DNA of 64,000 bases, from assembly GCF_003918875.1 (NCBI RefSeq), contig NW_025766536.1, positions 744,001 to 808,000 on the forward strand. Reading direction: 5' to 3'. The notes beneath the pieces are model-generated. The model made no database searches. It saw only the letters and a list, made by a program, of their open reading frames with translations, and was not told the DNA's origin. Position numbers and translations under genes: made by a program. This document shows, piece by piece, positions 12,438-25,808 of this stretch. Numbering within the stretch: position 1 is the stretch's first letter; each line of letters begins with the position of its first letter. The stretch comes from Haliotis rubra (Eukaryota).

Positions 12438-14458
12438 ACACTCTTCCCATAGCCACAACAGTAAGAATGCCGACATGTTCAATGTTTCCTGTTTCCATCA
12501 TAATCGTTAACCTGAGACTTAAGAAGAAAATATCGGGCAAGTGGCTTATCCATGGATAAGACACACCATAGATTGGAGTCTTACATATACAAAGGGCATT
12601 ATCTGTGTCTCCAGTTTCCTGGGTTTCGCAATGATTGTTTTGCCTTTGTTATCTTAAAATCCCCAGAAGACTGTATTTGCAGAGTCCGAGGTGAAGCAAG
12701 AATTCAAGGTGTTTCCTAGAGTGTGACTTATCCAAGAATATTTACTCCACTTTGTTTCAGTTACATTTTATTTCTGATATAACTGTCATGATAGGAAGGG
12801 CACATCCTGGCTTTAAATGACACGTGGGGTTAGGTTTATATACAAAATGGGGCACGTCAGTACAGTAAATGTCCTCATGTTCTGGTCTCCTTTGGGGCTC
12901 GTGTACAATTTTAAACCAGTTTCATTAAAGTATACTTATTTCCATGAATACAAAATTGAATTCCACAATTCTGTCAATTTATATTTTGCTTGCCTTAGCC
13001 CTTTTTACAAAGGTGAAGATTTTAGATTTTTAAATGGCAATGCAATTTTGAAATTGTTAAAATAACTTCAAATATCAGTTTTTAAGATTATAGTATTTCA
13101 TATCCAAATATCCCTTTTGCAGTGAATTTTTTTAATTCATTTGATTAATCAGTAAATTTTTATATATATACTTTAAAGGATTCCGTTACTTCAGAGATAT
13201 TTAAAATGTTCTCAAGCATTACTGGTTTGTGATTGGGACTTCCTGTATTGCATTTTGATGAGTAATCAAGGCCACTCAAGATACCCCAGCTTGTTATTGG
13301 ACCAGAGTAGTGAAGCTCACTCATACATACAGGATGCTCTACCACAGACTGTTGAAAACAGACACCAGTAACTCCTGGCTCCACTCAAGAAGCCAGAACA
13401 ACAGATTTAAGGATAAAATGAGTGCTCATGAAGAATTTTGTTTAAAATGTGACCCTGACTATATTTTCATTAGCAGAATGGTATTGTAATTAATATATGG
13501 AGAAAAAAACACCTGAAGGAAACTGGCATTATATTTTCAGAAAGTCAATAATCAGATTTCAGTGTATGTACTTGAGGTAGAATACACCTAGCCATGGTAT
13601 ATGACTCGTATCGTTCATATGGATGTTGAGGCAAGCTATTTGAACATGAATTGTCTTAGCTTAATATTGATCTACCACTTTAAGTCGAGGGGGGGGGCAT
13701 ATTTAATGAGGTTTGGAAGCTTAGTTTCTGTTCCATTGGGAAAGTAATGTTTTGTTAATTAATTCTCAATAAATTACCTGTGATGCAAAAAACTATTTTA
13801 CAGATTAAAGTGATGATGGCCATTCACTGGCATCACATCACGATTGTCTTTGAAATTGGAAAAATATCTTTTTGGTATCGAAATGATATATCAGGATCAT
13901 ATTTCCATGAATCTTGATTAATGTGGAAAGAATTTGCTATAGTTCCGGACTAACTGTTCTTAATTTAGTGGGGGGAAATGTTTTCAGTCAAGTTGACCGA
14001 GGAATTGAAATTGTGATTTAGAAATATATATCGGTAGGGAGAATATGAACTAAAGGTATCCTATTTCTGGTTGTTTATATTTTGGTTTTAATCATTTTAC
14101 CATAGACATTGTTTGAATTTTTATCTTGTTCAACACTTTTAGACACGGGTGTTTCTGAATGATTAGCTTTCTTTTATTATGTTTATATCGTAACTTTTAA
14201 CTCACTGTACATTTTAATAGCCATCATTTTAAGATATAAATTATATATTTACTGAGTTCATTGCCTTACGCCAGGCCCCGCCATCTTATCCGAAGCATCT
14301 GTCTGCGAGGTTATCTCCCTTTGACCATGGGTTACCTCCCTTAGACCATGGTTTCCTATCCTGAGTCTGTAGTGTCACCTGTCTGGCAGTAAACAAGCTA
14401 CATCGCTTGCAGTTCGTCTCTGTTGTTGTTTTTCTAGTCTGTTTGTTTATCTGTTTAC

Positions 14459-14620
14459 GGGGGTAGCCTAGTGGTTAAAGCGTTCGATCGTCACGCCGAA
14501 GACCCAAGTTCGATTCCCCACATGGGTACAATGTGTGAAGCCCATTTCTGGTATTTTCCCCCCCCCCAGTGATATTGCGGGAATATTGTTGAAAGCGGCG
14601 TAAAACCCAACTGAACTCAC
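14459..14620 (+). mobile_element. SINE family A
   Basis: A/B boxes; tatctgttt duplicated on both sides; abuts a family-B SINE. Confidence 0.9.
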
Positions 14621-14629
14621 TATCTGTTT

Positions 14630-14975
14630 GACCGCCTCCGTGGTGTAGTGGTTAGAGCGTCCGCCCGGAGAGCGGAAGGTCGCGGGTTCGATCCCCGACC
14701 GCGTCATACCAAAAGACATTAAAATATGGTACTTGTTGGTCCCTGCCTGGCGCTCGGCATTAATGGGTACAAGGACTGGTCGGCTCGGAGTCAGTATACT
14801 GTCTCTGAGTGGGGTATTCATGCTTCACTGCGGTATGGTATCTCAGTGGGCTAGCACTATAAAACCAGCTTAAGTCTGGGCTAGTACAAGCAGCTGCACA
14901 TACACACGCATGCACGTCGTCATATGAGCGTAATATTCTCAAGCACGACGTAAAACCCACTTTCACCTCACCTCT
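14630..14975 (+). mobile_element. tRNA-derived SINE family B (~350 bp, V-SINE-like central domain)
   Basis: A box tggtgtagtggtta, B box ggttcgatccc, central cgcgtcataccaaaagac...tggtac...cctggcgctcggcattaa, (CACCT)n tail. The V-domain label is from recall. Confidence 0.88.
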
Positions 14976-15192
14976 GATCCAGACTTGAGTATTCACAGAA
15001 CGCTGTCAAATATCTGGAATATTGCCGAGTGCAGCGTTAAACTTTAACAGACTGCCAGAGGTCATCACCAAACACAACGGGGTGAGGTAAATCGAGTTCT
15101 ACTGGACAAGGCACAGGATCATAATCGGGACAAAGCTTGGATCGAACCAACGATCACAACCTTGATGCCATGGCTTTGAGACATACGTTATT

Positions 15193-15452
15193 TGGGGTAG
15201 AATAGGTCTTCAGCAACCCATGCTTGCCACAAAAGGCGACTATAGCTATGCTTGTCGTAAGAGGCAACTAACGGGATCGGGTGGTCAGACTCGATGACTT
15301 GGTTGACACATGTCATCGGTTCCCAATTGCGCAGATTGATGCCCATGCTGTTGATCACTGGATTGTCTGGTCCAGACACGATTATTTACAGACAACCGCC
15401 ATATAGCTGGAATATTGCTGAGTGCGGCGTAAAACTAAACTCACTCACTCAT
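15193..15452 (+). mobile_element. SINE family C (further copies at ~15615-15745 -, 17612-17845 +, 20335-20537 -, 24680-24875 +, 27455-27663 -, 35491-35690 +, 37775-38015 -, 39201-39371 +)
   Basis: Same body; TSD catacgttattt. Confidence 0.88.
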
Positions 15453-15874
15453 ACGTTATTTGTGTTTTGTTCAACGCCTACACATCAGTATGGCAGCAGT
15501 CTGTAAATAATCCATACAATCTAGTGATCACATATACCCTCCACTCCGATGTTGAAATGTCCGGTATCTAGTTACCGTTAGAGGGGCGCGATGAGCGTTG
15601 TCTTCCACGATATCCAATGATCAACAGCATGCGCATCGATCTACGCAACTGGGATAGATGACACGTGTCAACCAAGTCATCGAGCCTCACCACCATCCCG
15701 TGAGTCGTCTCTTACGACAAGCATGGGTTGCTGAAGATCAATTCGAAGACACGCAAGCGTGCAGTTGCGCTCATAGGTGTATTAGGCCGTAATCAATCCG
15801 AGTCGACCATCTTTTTCTTATTCCCTCACCCGGTCGGTAGTCTCTCGTTCCATCGCTCGTATTACTTAAAATAA

Positions 15875-16038
15875 TGAGTGAGTATGGTTTTACGCCGCTT
15901 TTAGCAATATTCCAGCAACATCCCGGCGGGGGGACACTAGAAATGGGCTTCACACATTGTACCTATGTGGAGAATCAAACCCGGGCCTTCGGCGTGACGA
16001 GCGAACGCTTTAACCACAAGGCTATCCCACCGGCCCCA
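15875..16038 (-). mobile_element. SINE family A
   Basis: Reverse-complement copy. Confidence 0.88.
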
Positions 16039-16142
16039 CTCAAACTAATCCACCGTCGGCGGTAAATGAGTATAATAATGAAGTACATACAAAATGTACA
16101 ACAAGATGACTAAATGATGCAAGTGTTTACAAACAATCTTAA

Positions 16143-16448
16143 TGAGGTGAGGTGAAATTGGGTTTAACGTCGTGCTTGAGAATATTTCGCTCATATGACG
16201 ACGTGCATGCGTGTGTATGTGTATGTGCGGCTGCTCGTACTAGCCCAGACTGAAGCTGGTTTTATAGTGCCAACCCACTGAGATACCATGCCGCAGTGAA
16301 GCATGAATACCCCACTCAGACACATTATACTGACTCTGAGCCGACCAGTCCTTGTTGCACCCATTAATGCCGAGCGCCAGGCAGGGACCAACAAGTACCA
16401 TATTTTAAAGTCTTTTGGTATGACGCGGTCGGGATCGAACCCGCGACC
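16143..16448 (-). mobile_element. SINE family B
   Basis: Reverse-complement copy, head truncated. Confidence 0.88.
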
Positions 16449-16455
16449 AAATTAG

Positions 16456-16598
16456 AAACGAATGAGGGAACACATGAAAGTACAAGTGTTCCTTTATTTA
16501 TTTCCAGTATTTCACTCACAGTGCAATACATACCTTGTGAAAAAAACTGAAAAAGAATAAAGGAACACTTGTACTTTCATGTGTTCCCTTATTTGTTG
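16456..16598. mobile_element. Palindromic MITE (~140 bp)
   Basis: agggaacacatgaaagtacaagtgttcctttatt ... aataaaggaacacttgtactttcatgtgttccct. Confidence 0.8.
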
Positions 16599-16697
16599 CC
16601 ATGAGTATATACGTGGTAGTGAGTCAACGCCCGCCAGGAGAGCGGAAGGTCGATAGTTTCATCTCCAGTCACGTTAGGGTTGTGGGGTAGTCCACTC

Positions 16698-17539
16698 TAG
16701 GGCTGGCCAAAAAGATCGATAATCGGAATCGTTGATCTGAATTTTATTGATAATTATCGATATGAAAATAGTGTCATCGATAAAAAAAAAACTTTTGTAA
16801 TAGAATAACGTATATAACTTGACACACACAATACACAAAGTTAGGCTTGTATTCTTGGGCTGCTTCTACAATACGTTTAGGACGCTGTTTTACTAATAAC
16901 CCATGCATAAACAAAGATACTTCTCCGATATTTATCGATAATCGATCGATATTTATGTAACGATTATCGATCTGATTACACAATGCCATTTAGAAAGTGA
17001 TCAAATGTAACATATGTTATATTTGGGATTACACTTTCTTTGTAAAGTACAGATTCTAGTACTTTTGTTGGGTTGAGTTGATTCGAACCTACACCCTCAG
17101 AGTCAGGCACCTAATCGCCAGCACACAAAGTCAGCCGCCTAAAAAATAGCTTACGGCCGTGGGAGCCGTGCCAATTTACATTTAACAGAGGGGTACACAA
17201 ACTTCGCAGTCCAGACTACCAGTTGTCCGACTTTCATTTTTTCGAGGGGCGGTGGGGTAATCTAGTGGTTAAAGCGTTGGCTCGTCACGCCGAAGACCCA
17301 GGTTCGAATCCTCACATGAGTACAATGTGTGAAGCCCATTTCTGGTGTCCCCCGCCGTGATATTGCTGGAATATTGCTAAAAGCGGCGTAAAAACCAAAC
17401 CCAGTCAGTCAGTCATTTTTTCGAATCCCGGATGGGACTCAACCAAACAAAAGTACTAGCATCTGTACTTTACAAAGAAAGTGTAATCCCAAATATAACA
17501 TATGTTAGATTATCAATCTGTATATCGATAGCCAGCCCT
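16698..17539. mobile_element. Nested elements: hAT-like MITE (tagggctgg...ccagcccta) containing a ~505-bp TIR element (17004-17509) that contains a SINE
   Basis: Outer short TIRs with ATCGAT-rich subterminal repeats; inner ~70-bp TIRs taacatatgttatatttgggattacactttctttgtaaagtacag. Confidence 0.75.
17246..17415 (+). mobile_element. SINE family A
   Basis: Full length; TSD tcattttttcga. Confidence 0.92.
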
Positions 17540-18408
17540 AACAGACACACAGAGTACGTTTTCACTTACAGCTGTACTTGTTAACATCTAAAGACAGAGT
17601 TAGTTTATATCGGTGAAGATCCGGGTTAGAATTTCAACATATGCTTGTCAATCAATCAATCACAAATACTTCATGTGGTCAGAGTCGCTGACTTGGTTGA
17701 CACATGTCATTGTATCCCAATAGCGTAGAAAGATGCTCGTGATGTTGATCACTAGATTGTCTGGTCTGGACTTGATTATTTACACACCGCCGTCGTATAG
17801 CTGGAATATTGCTGAGTGCAGCAATTAACCAATCAATCAATTAATCACTAATATTTTATATATTTTGGATATGTTTTTAACTCCCATGCCAGGAGTGGAC
17901 ACTCAACACTTAAAGACACAAGTCGACATAATGTTTCACCTTTTATGTGTATCACTTCTAAATGCCGTTCAAAGACTTTAAAATGCTTTGAATACAGGTT
18001 CTTCTAAAGAGAGTGAGTATTGTATTATCAAGGTAGAATAACTAAAAGGTCTTCAGAAAAACAATCCTTCCCATTCCGACAGTCGGAAACTAAAATACTT
18101 TGAATATAGGTTCTATAAAAGAAAGATCGAGTATTGTATTATCAAGATTACAATACCTAAGGCGTCGTAAAGCAAAAAAACCCAATCACTTTGTAAATAT
18201 GTTCCATGTTGGGACTCCAAGTCAGTTTAGACCCAAACATATTTATACTATTCAATGTTACCTGGCAGCGTGTTGGCAATATTTCTAAAGAAAAGGTGAC
18301 TATTGTGGCAAAATAATGATCGTCGATCCACCTGGCGCTTGTGATTGGTTCGTGACCAAGACTCCCTCCCTCAAATGCTGTGGTAATCTGTATCCTCCCA
18401 GCGTTAAG

Positions 18409-18766
18409 GCGACCGCCTCCGTGGTGTAGTGGTTAGAGCGTCCGCCTTGAGAGCGGAAGGTCGCGGGTTCGATCCCCGGCCGCGTCATACCAAAAGACGT
18501 TAAAATATGGTACTTGTTGGTGTCTGCCTGGTGCTCGGCATTAATGGGTACAACAAGGACTGGTCGGCTCGGAGTCAGTATAATGTGTCTGAGTGGGGTA
18601 TTCATGCTTCACTGCGGCATGGTATCTCAGTGGGCTAGCACTATAAAACCAGCTTCAGTCTGGGCTAGTACAAGCAGCCGCACATACACATACTCACGCA
18701 TGCACGTCGTCATATGAGCGAAATATTCTCAAGCACGACGTTAAACCCAATTTCACCTCACCTCAC
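18409..18766 (+). mobile_element. SINE family B inserted just 3' of sulfotransferase copy 1
   Basis: Full length; 15-bp TSD cctcccagcgttaag; empty site at ~36243-36257. Confidence 0.93.
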
Positions 18767-18851
18767 CTCCCAGCGTTAAGATCAACTTGTGATTGTTTTC
18801 GAAGCTCTATAAAGGGCGCTATTGGTGCAGGAAATATGTTTTGTACTAAGT

Positions 18852-20160
18852 CTAATAGACAGCAGGTTGTAGACGCCCAGGCAGGTCTATCTTCTCGCCA
18901 AATCTCGGGAAGCCATATCGTTCGAGAACGATATTACCGTCGGACAACTCTCGCGGTGTCAGGGGGGAAACGTGTTCCTGTTGACTTCCGGCTGATTGAC
19001 GAGCCTCGTTGTGAGTCGACTTCAAATGCAGCCAAAGCTTTCGAGACATGTTTCTCTGGTATGTTTAATTTCTGGAACAAGGCTCTAACCATTCCTTCCT
19101 TCTCCTTAACAAGCTCTTCGTACTTAACGGCAAATATCGGGATCCCACTCTTCCTAAACTCCGTGTATCTCGCCATGAGGGCTGACGTCATTATCATCGT
19201 GTGTCCTACCATACACAATTTTACCGCCATATCCTCAAGGTCATGGTCATAGCGATCCACCCGTGAAAATATTTTGTACAGACTCTGTCGAAGTCCTGGA
19301 AAGAACCTCGCGAGTAAATCAGAATCTATCATCACCTTTGCTAACTTTGTGAGAAATTCCGACTGAGTTAACCCCTTGGCAGAGACGGCGTATGGCAAAC
19401 TATCTCTGTATAGAAACAGGTGCTTGATTTCAGGAAACATCTCACATATGACCTTGACCTCTGCGAATGTGAATGAAGCGACCTTCATAATAATTCTTTG
19501 AGCTCCTGGCAGCGTCTTACACTGCAGCCTGATGACACTCTGCAGCAGCTTGAGAACTTCCTCTTCCGGGCAGGTTTCAAGTTTACTTAACGTTGTGACA
19601 GATATTAGGGCCTCTGGTTCTCCGAGGGTTATTGTTCCGGGGACCTTCTCAAACACCTGGCTGAGAAGAGTAGAGCCACAGCGTCCAGTGCTAGAGAGCC
19701 ATATGACAGGGACCTGAGGGTCTCCCGTCTCGTCCGCCAGACGGTGGAAGGCTTCCACAGGAATGGTGTATACCTTCTCAGCATTGACAGTCTGGGCCCA
19801 CTTCATGAAAGGATGGGTGTCAGAGCTGTAGATGTCTACATTTTTGTCCGTCTTTAAAAATATAGCCTCTGTTGAAGTGATATTATACAGAGATACTGAT
19901 GGGTCCAAGAGGATTCGAGGATGGTCAAACCTTTCGTGTGTAGTCCAGAATTCATTTGTATTTGAAGGCGTCGCATGAGACACTTTCCTTTTCCAAAGCA
20001 CGTGTTGCACATGGACGGAACGTTCATAGCACGTGCTGGTAGCTGCACGTGCAGACTGTACCCCAGTAAGTCTCCAAATAAGGCCGTGGAGAACTTTGTA
20101 TATTGGTGTCAGAATCAGGAATATGATGGAAGCGAGGCTGGACGACATGTCAGAGAACAT
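18852..20160 (-). CDS. Sulfotransferase-like protein, copy 1 (apparent +1 frameshift in a G-run near the C-terminus)
   Basis: 5'-PSB loop WLSSTGRCGSTLL, 3'-PB motif LFLYRD, and AVKYEELV. ATG at 20160 follows an acceptor AG at 20172-20171. Six G at 18962-18967 versus five in the other copies. The conserved tail ...PGRLQPAVY* ends at 18852. Confidence 0.8.
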
Positions 20161-21127
20161 CTTCTGGTTTCTGGGGAGGAAAAAAATATGTGAAGTTTTA
20201 CATTCAGTCTGTACACTAAAAGGCAAAGTTTATATGGAACCCAAACACCCGTCTCTCTTATAATACATACTACAAAAAAGCAGAATTATTGCACGAGTCA
20301 TTTTAAAGTATTTGTTTAATTACAGGTGACTGATTGATTGATTGTTTGTTGTCTAACGCCTCACTCATCAATATTCCAGACAATCCAGTGATCAACAGCA
20401 TGAGCATCTCTCTACGCAAATGAGATACGAGAGCACGTTTCAACCAAGTCACCGAGCCTGACCACTCCATCCCGTTGGTCGCCTTTTATGACAAACATGG
20501 GTTGCTGAAGACCAGTTCTAACCCGGATCTTCACGGGCCACAGTTGAATGAGCAAGTGCTGACGCCAAGTTTGACATATATCAGTATCACGGCGTGCCAG
20601 CTTAGCGGAGGTGCAGTTCTGCTCGACAGACTGCAAGTTTCTTGTGCCAGGTACTTGAAGCGTTCGCTTGTCACGGCGACGACTCGGGTTTAATTCCCAT
20701 ATGGATACAATGTGTGAAGCCCATTTCTATTGTCCCCCCGCCGTGATGTTGTGAAAAGCTAAGAGCTGCATTAATCACTCACTGTATTCTCCTTGAATTA
20801 TGCAGCTCGGAGTGTATGTTTTTCCTTTTTTTTAAACATTATCCCTATTGATGTATTGATGATTTCAAATGTGGAATACAAACTATATAGTATTGCCTGT
20901 TTAAAAATATAGACTGATAATATGGTAATATGAAAGAAGTTAATTATGCGGTTAACCCACAGGTAATAAGTACGTTACCACACTCTTTGACCTCTGTAAA
21001 TGCTCATTATCTATAGAAATAGATCAGAAATAAATTGTAGTGCTTCAGTGTTTTTTTAATTCACCCTCAGAAGATCAATAAATGCAGAAAAAGCGCAAAG
21101 GTGAGGGAAGTAGTCAGCACAATATGT

Positions 21128-21400
21128 AGAGGGTAATGTCCGAGTAAGTCTCCATTGCTTAAAAATAATGGAGCCGAGGCCCCGGAGGGGCCGAGGCACA
21201 TTATTTTTAAGGAATGGAGAGTTACGAGGATATTACCCTACTTAAATTACATTCGAAGTATTGGGAATATTTCTGTCATGAAAATTAAATGTCAAAATGA
21301 CAAAATGAAGGTTTTATTTTGAAACTGGTACACATCGCTCCATTCCTGAAAAGTAATGGAGCGAACAGACAATGGAATGACGTCACAAATGTAATTTAAG
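21128..21400. mobile_element. Hairpin-bearing non-autonomous element (Crypton-like motif ccgagg...ccgagg); short copy at 46739-46814
   Basis: Absent from unit 2 (cacaatatg|aatacctcac at ~28220); internal ~55-bp-arm palindrome. Confidence 0.7.
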
Positions 21401-21571
21401 AATACCTCACTCGAACGTGAACAGAAAAAAATGTAAAAGTTATCATTCGAACCCCCTTCTGCCCAGCCCCTCCTGTGGGAACAAAAGCTCAGAGTGAAGT
21501 CCCTCTTCTCTCGGAGCTCCATTTCAAGTTAAAAAGTTATTTGTTTCTCTCAAATTATGTATTTTCAGACG

Positions 21572-22060
21572 TCGGGCGTGGGCGAGCTGGCTAAGGCGCC
21601 AGGCTCGTGATCCAGCGAGGTTGAGGTGTCGGGATCGCGCCCACCTGTGACCGGGTGTAAAAACCTTGGAGTCAACTTTTGTGTGCAGACTCTTTCAGTG
21701 TTGTCACAACCCCTAGTGTACAGTACACAACGCTGTGCACTTAAAAGAACCCACGAATCCGGTGGTATATGACCAGATGGTGGCCACATGAATACGTGCA
21801 AACACCTAGTTGTGGGTACAGCAACGTGCAGTAAACTTGGACAAAGTACTGTGACTATGTGTCCCAGTCCACCCAGCTGTGAATGGGTACCTCGTTAGGA
21901 TGAGAAAGCCACAACTCAGTGCGCCTACTTCCCAGGGAGTTGAGATTGATAATACCATGTGCCGTTGAGATTGGCATCTAATGTAAAAAAAGTACCAGCG
22001 CCTTGAGCATGCACTAGTTGCCGGGGTATTTGCGCTTTATAAATATCCTATATTAATATT
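21572..22060 (+). mobile_element. Composite SINE family D (tRNA-like head, central domains including a CORE-like gtcccagtccacccagctgtgaatgggtacc, L2-type 3' tail); rearranged duplicate at ~28390-29040
   Basis: Absent from the homologous site in unit 3. Tail agcgccttgagcat...gcgctttataaat resembles the L2 tail at 63290-63345. Confidence 0.72.
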
Positions 22061-22138
22061 AGTTATATAACCGCTATTTCGAGCCCTTTTCCGACTAGTC
22101 GACTCAAAGTTTACTCGAATACATGACAGGTTTTTGTT

Positions 22139-22450
22139 TACTCACCAACTTTGACGAAGCACTCTCATACAAGCTGCAGCTTCCTGATGAATATACAGTG
22201 ATCCAAGTTACTGTTCTTGTATTGCAGGGAAGCCAGGGATTCAGAGGTGACAGGCTCAGATGTGTCCCAGAATAGAGCGACTATTCATGCCTCTCCTTGG
22301 CTCTTTCACAATAACCTTGTGCACAGTAAAGGCCCAGGAAAGAGCGACTATTCATGCCTCTCCTTGGCTCTTTCACAATAACCTTGTGCACAGTACACGC
22401 CCAGTCACCCGTATCCCACCTCTGTCATGACGGCTTGTCAATAACTGACT
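22139..22450 (-). promoter_or_regulatory. Putative non-coding first exon / promoter of sulfotransferase copy 1, with splice donor G|GTGAGTA (intron 22145-20171)
   Basis: Non-repeat block conserved upstream of copies 1, 2 and 3; consensus donor at 22145-22139. TSS not determinable. Confidence 0.5.
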
Positions 22451-22639
22451 GTTGGAGAAAGAGGTAAATCGACCTCGTCGGTAGTATTCCCAACGTATAC
22501 AGTCGCGGAATAAAAAACAGGTGTTGCATGCATGTTTTCACAACAGCCTGCCCTCATGTAAACTGATATTTAGACTCAGAAATAAAGTTATCTTTAAAAT
22601 ATTTTCAAAGCAAATCCAAACGGAATCCAGAACTATACG

Positions 22640-22801
22640 ATGGGTATTGTTTTACGCCACATATTCCAGCAGAATTCCAGCAATATTTACGGCAGGAGAT
22701 ACCAGAAATTAGTTTCACATATTGTACCCATGTGGGGAATAAAACCCCGGTCTTTGGCATAACGAGCGAACACCTTAACCACTAGGCTACCCCACCGCCC
22801 C
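22640..22801 (-). mobile_element. SINE family A (paralogous copies at ~29560-29708 and ~46935-47015)
   Basis: Reverse-complement copy shared by the duplication units. Confidence 0.85.
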
Positions 22802-22943
22802 TTTAATGTCTAGAGCTGAGGCAATCGAGTCTTGCCCAACCAATCCTAAAGGAAATCACAGTTAACATCACCGAAACAGTGGACATCAAATTTAAATGTC
22901 TTCCGGCAGTGACCTATTGTCCACCGGTGATGCGTGAGTGAGT

Positions 22944-24285
22944 GATGACAACGACTACTACATCGTCATAGTGAAACACCGGGGATGACAACGAGTACTA
23001 CATCGTTATAGTGACCCACCGGGGATGACAACGACTACTACATCGTTATAGTGACCCACCGGGGATGACAACGACTACTACATCGTCTTAGTGAACCATC
23101 GGGGATGACAACGACTACTACATCGTCATAGTGAACAACAGGGGATGACAACGACTACTACATCGTCATAGTGAACAACAGAGGATGACAACGACTACTA
23201 CATCGTCATAGTGAACAACAGGGGATGACAACGACTACTACATCGTCATAGTGAACAACAGGGATGACAACGACTACTACATTGTCATAGTGAACCATCG
23301 GGGATGACAACGAGTACTACATCGTTATAGTGACCCACTGGGGATGACAACGACTACTACATCGTCATAGTGAAACACCGGGGATGATAACAACTACTAC
23401 ATTGTCATAGTGGACCACGAATGTTGACAACGACTACTACATTGTCATAGTGAACAACAGGGGATGACAGCTACTACTACATGGTCATAGTGAACAACAA
23501 GGGATGACAACGACTACTACATGGTCATAGTGAACAACAGGGGATGACAACGACTACTACATGGCCATAGTGAAACACCGGGGATGACTACGACTACTAC
23601 ATGACATAGTGAACAAAGGGATGACAACGGCTACTACATCGTCATAGTGAACCACGAATGTTGACAACGACTACTACATCGTCATAGTGGACCACCGGGG
23701 ATGACAACGACTACTACATCGTCATAGTGAACTACCGGGGATGACAGCTACTACTACATCGTCATAGTGAACAACGAATGATGACAACGACTACTACATG
23801 GTCATAGTGAACTACCGGGGATGACAACGACTACTACATCGTCATAGTGAACCACTACAACGACTACTACATGGTGATGACAACGACTACTACTACATCG
23901 TCATAGTGAACTACCGGGGATGACAACGACTACTACATGGTCATAGTGAACCACCGGGGATGACAACGACTACTACATGGTCATAGTGAACTACCGGGGA
24001 TGACAACGACTACTACATGGGGATGACAACGACTACTACATCGTCATAGTGAACAACCGGGGATGACAACGACTACTACATACATCGTCATACTGACAAC
24101 GACTACTACATCGTCATAGTGAACAACAGGGGATGACAACGACTACTACATCGTCATAGTGAACCACCGGGGATGACAACGACTACTACATGGTCATAGT
24201 GAACCACGGGGGATGACAACGACTACTACATTGTCATAGTGAACCACCGGGGATGACAACGACTACTACATCGTCATAGTGAACC
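22944..24285. repeat. 40-bp satellite array A (~33 units)
   Basis: ggatgacaacgactactacatcgtcatagtgaacNNNNgg in tandem. Confidence 0.97.
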
Positions 24286-25445
24286 CCTTGACTCAAAGCA
24301 CTATATGACGGGCGCCACGGTGTGGAAAGATTGATTTCAAACTAAATGGCTTTCAACTCCTCAAACAATGTAAAAATAACAATAAACTTTTTTATAGTGT
24401 CAATTCCAAAATCAACTACAGGAACTTGCGAAAGTAGGTCCACTAGTAGGGACACCAGAAGTAGGCTACACACATTTACCCATGCGGAGAATGGTGATCA
24501 CGGAGGATGGCGCCACGAAACCCGTGCCTTCTGAAAGGCCCCATACGTTGCTGGCTTCCCAGGTCCATATGGTCCACATCGAGAGGAGGTTCAAGCTATA
24601 AGTTATGAGTTTAACAGCCGATGTTTTACAAATGGGTATCTGAAATTTTACTAGCTGTATTTAATACTTTATGATTTCAGTGAAGATCCGGGTTAGAATT
24701 GGTCTTCAGCAACTCATGCTTGTCACATGTCATCGTATCCCAATAGCGTGAGAGATGTTCGTGATGTTGATCACTGGATTGTCTGGTCCAGATTTGATTA
24801 TTTACAGACCGCCGTCGTATAGCTGGAATATTGCTGAATGCGACGTTAAACAACAATCAATCAATCAATCAATTAATCACTAATATTTTATATATTTTGG
24901 ATATGTTTTAACAGCCCGACTCCCATGCCAGGAGTGGACACTCAACACTTAAAGACACAAGTCGACATAATGTTTCACCTTTTATGTGTATCACTTCTAA
25001 ATGCCCTTCAAAGACTTTAAAATGCTTTGAATAAAGGTTCTTCTAAAGAGAGTGAGTATTGTATTATCAAGGTAGAATGGTCTTCAGAAAAACAATCGTT
25101 CCCATTCCGACAGTCGACATTAAAAACTAAAATACTTTGAATATAGGTTCTATAAAAGAAAGATCGAGTATTGTATTATCAAGATATTACAATACCTAAG
25201 GCATCGTAAAGGAAAAACCCAATCACTTTGTAAATATGTTCCATGTTGGGAGTCCAAGTCAGTTTAGAACCAAACATATTTTTACTATTCGATGTTACCT
25301 AACAACGTGTTGGCAATCTTTCTAAAGAAAAGGTGACTATTGTGGCAAAATAATGATCGTCGATCCACCTGGCGCTTGTGATTGGTTCGTGACCAAGACT
25401 CACTCCCTCAAATGCTGTGGTAATCTCCATTCTCCCGGCGTTAAG

Positions 25446-25808
25446 GCGACCGCCTCCGTGGTGTAGTGGTAAGAGCATCCGCCCGGAGAGCGGAAGGTCG
25501 CGGGTTCGATCCCCGGCCGCGTCATTCCAAAAGACGTTAAAATATGGTACTTGTTGGTCCTTGCCTGGCGCTCGGCATTAATGGGTACAACAAGGACTGG
25601 TCGGCTCGGAGTCAGTATAATGTGTCTGAGTGGGGTATTCATGCTTCACTGCGGCATGGTATCTCAGTGGGCTAGCACTATAAAAACAGCTTCAGTCTGG
25701 GCTAGTACACGCAGCCGCACATACACATACTCACGCATGCACGTCGTCATATGTGCGAAATATTCTCAAGCACGACGTTAAAACCCAATTTCACCTCACC
25801 TCACCTCA
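25446..25808 (+). mobile_element. SINE family B (duplicate of the 18409 insertion)
   Basis: Same site and TSD in duplication unit 2. Confidence 0.92.

Noticed and set aside
14630-14705. tRNA genes at SINE heads
   Set aside because: A/B boxes run straight into SINE bodies with tails and TSDs, in many diverged copies.
18300-18717. Recurrent short ORFs (MNTPLRH..., MLVPAWRSALMG...)
   Set aside because: Chance translations of SINE family B copies.
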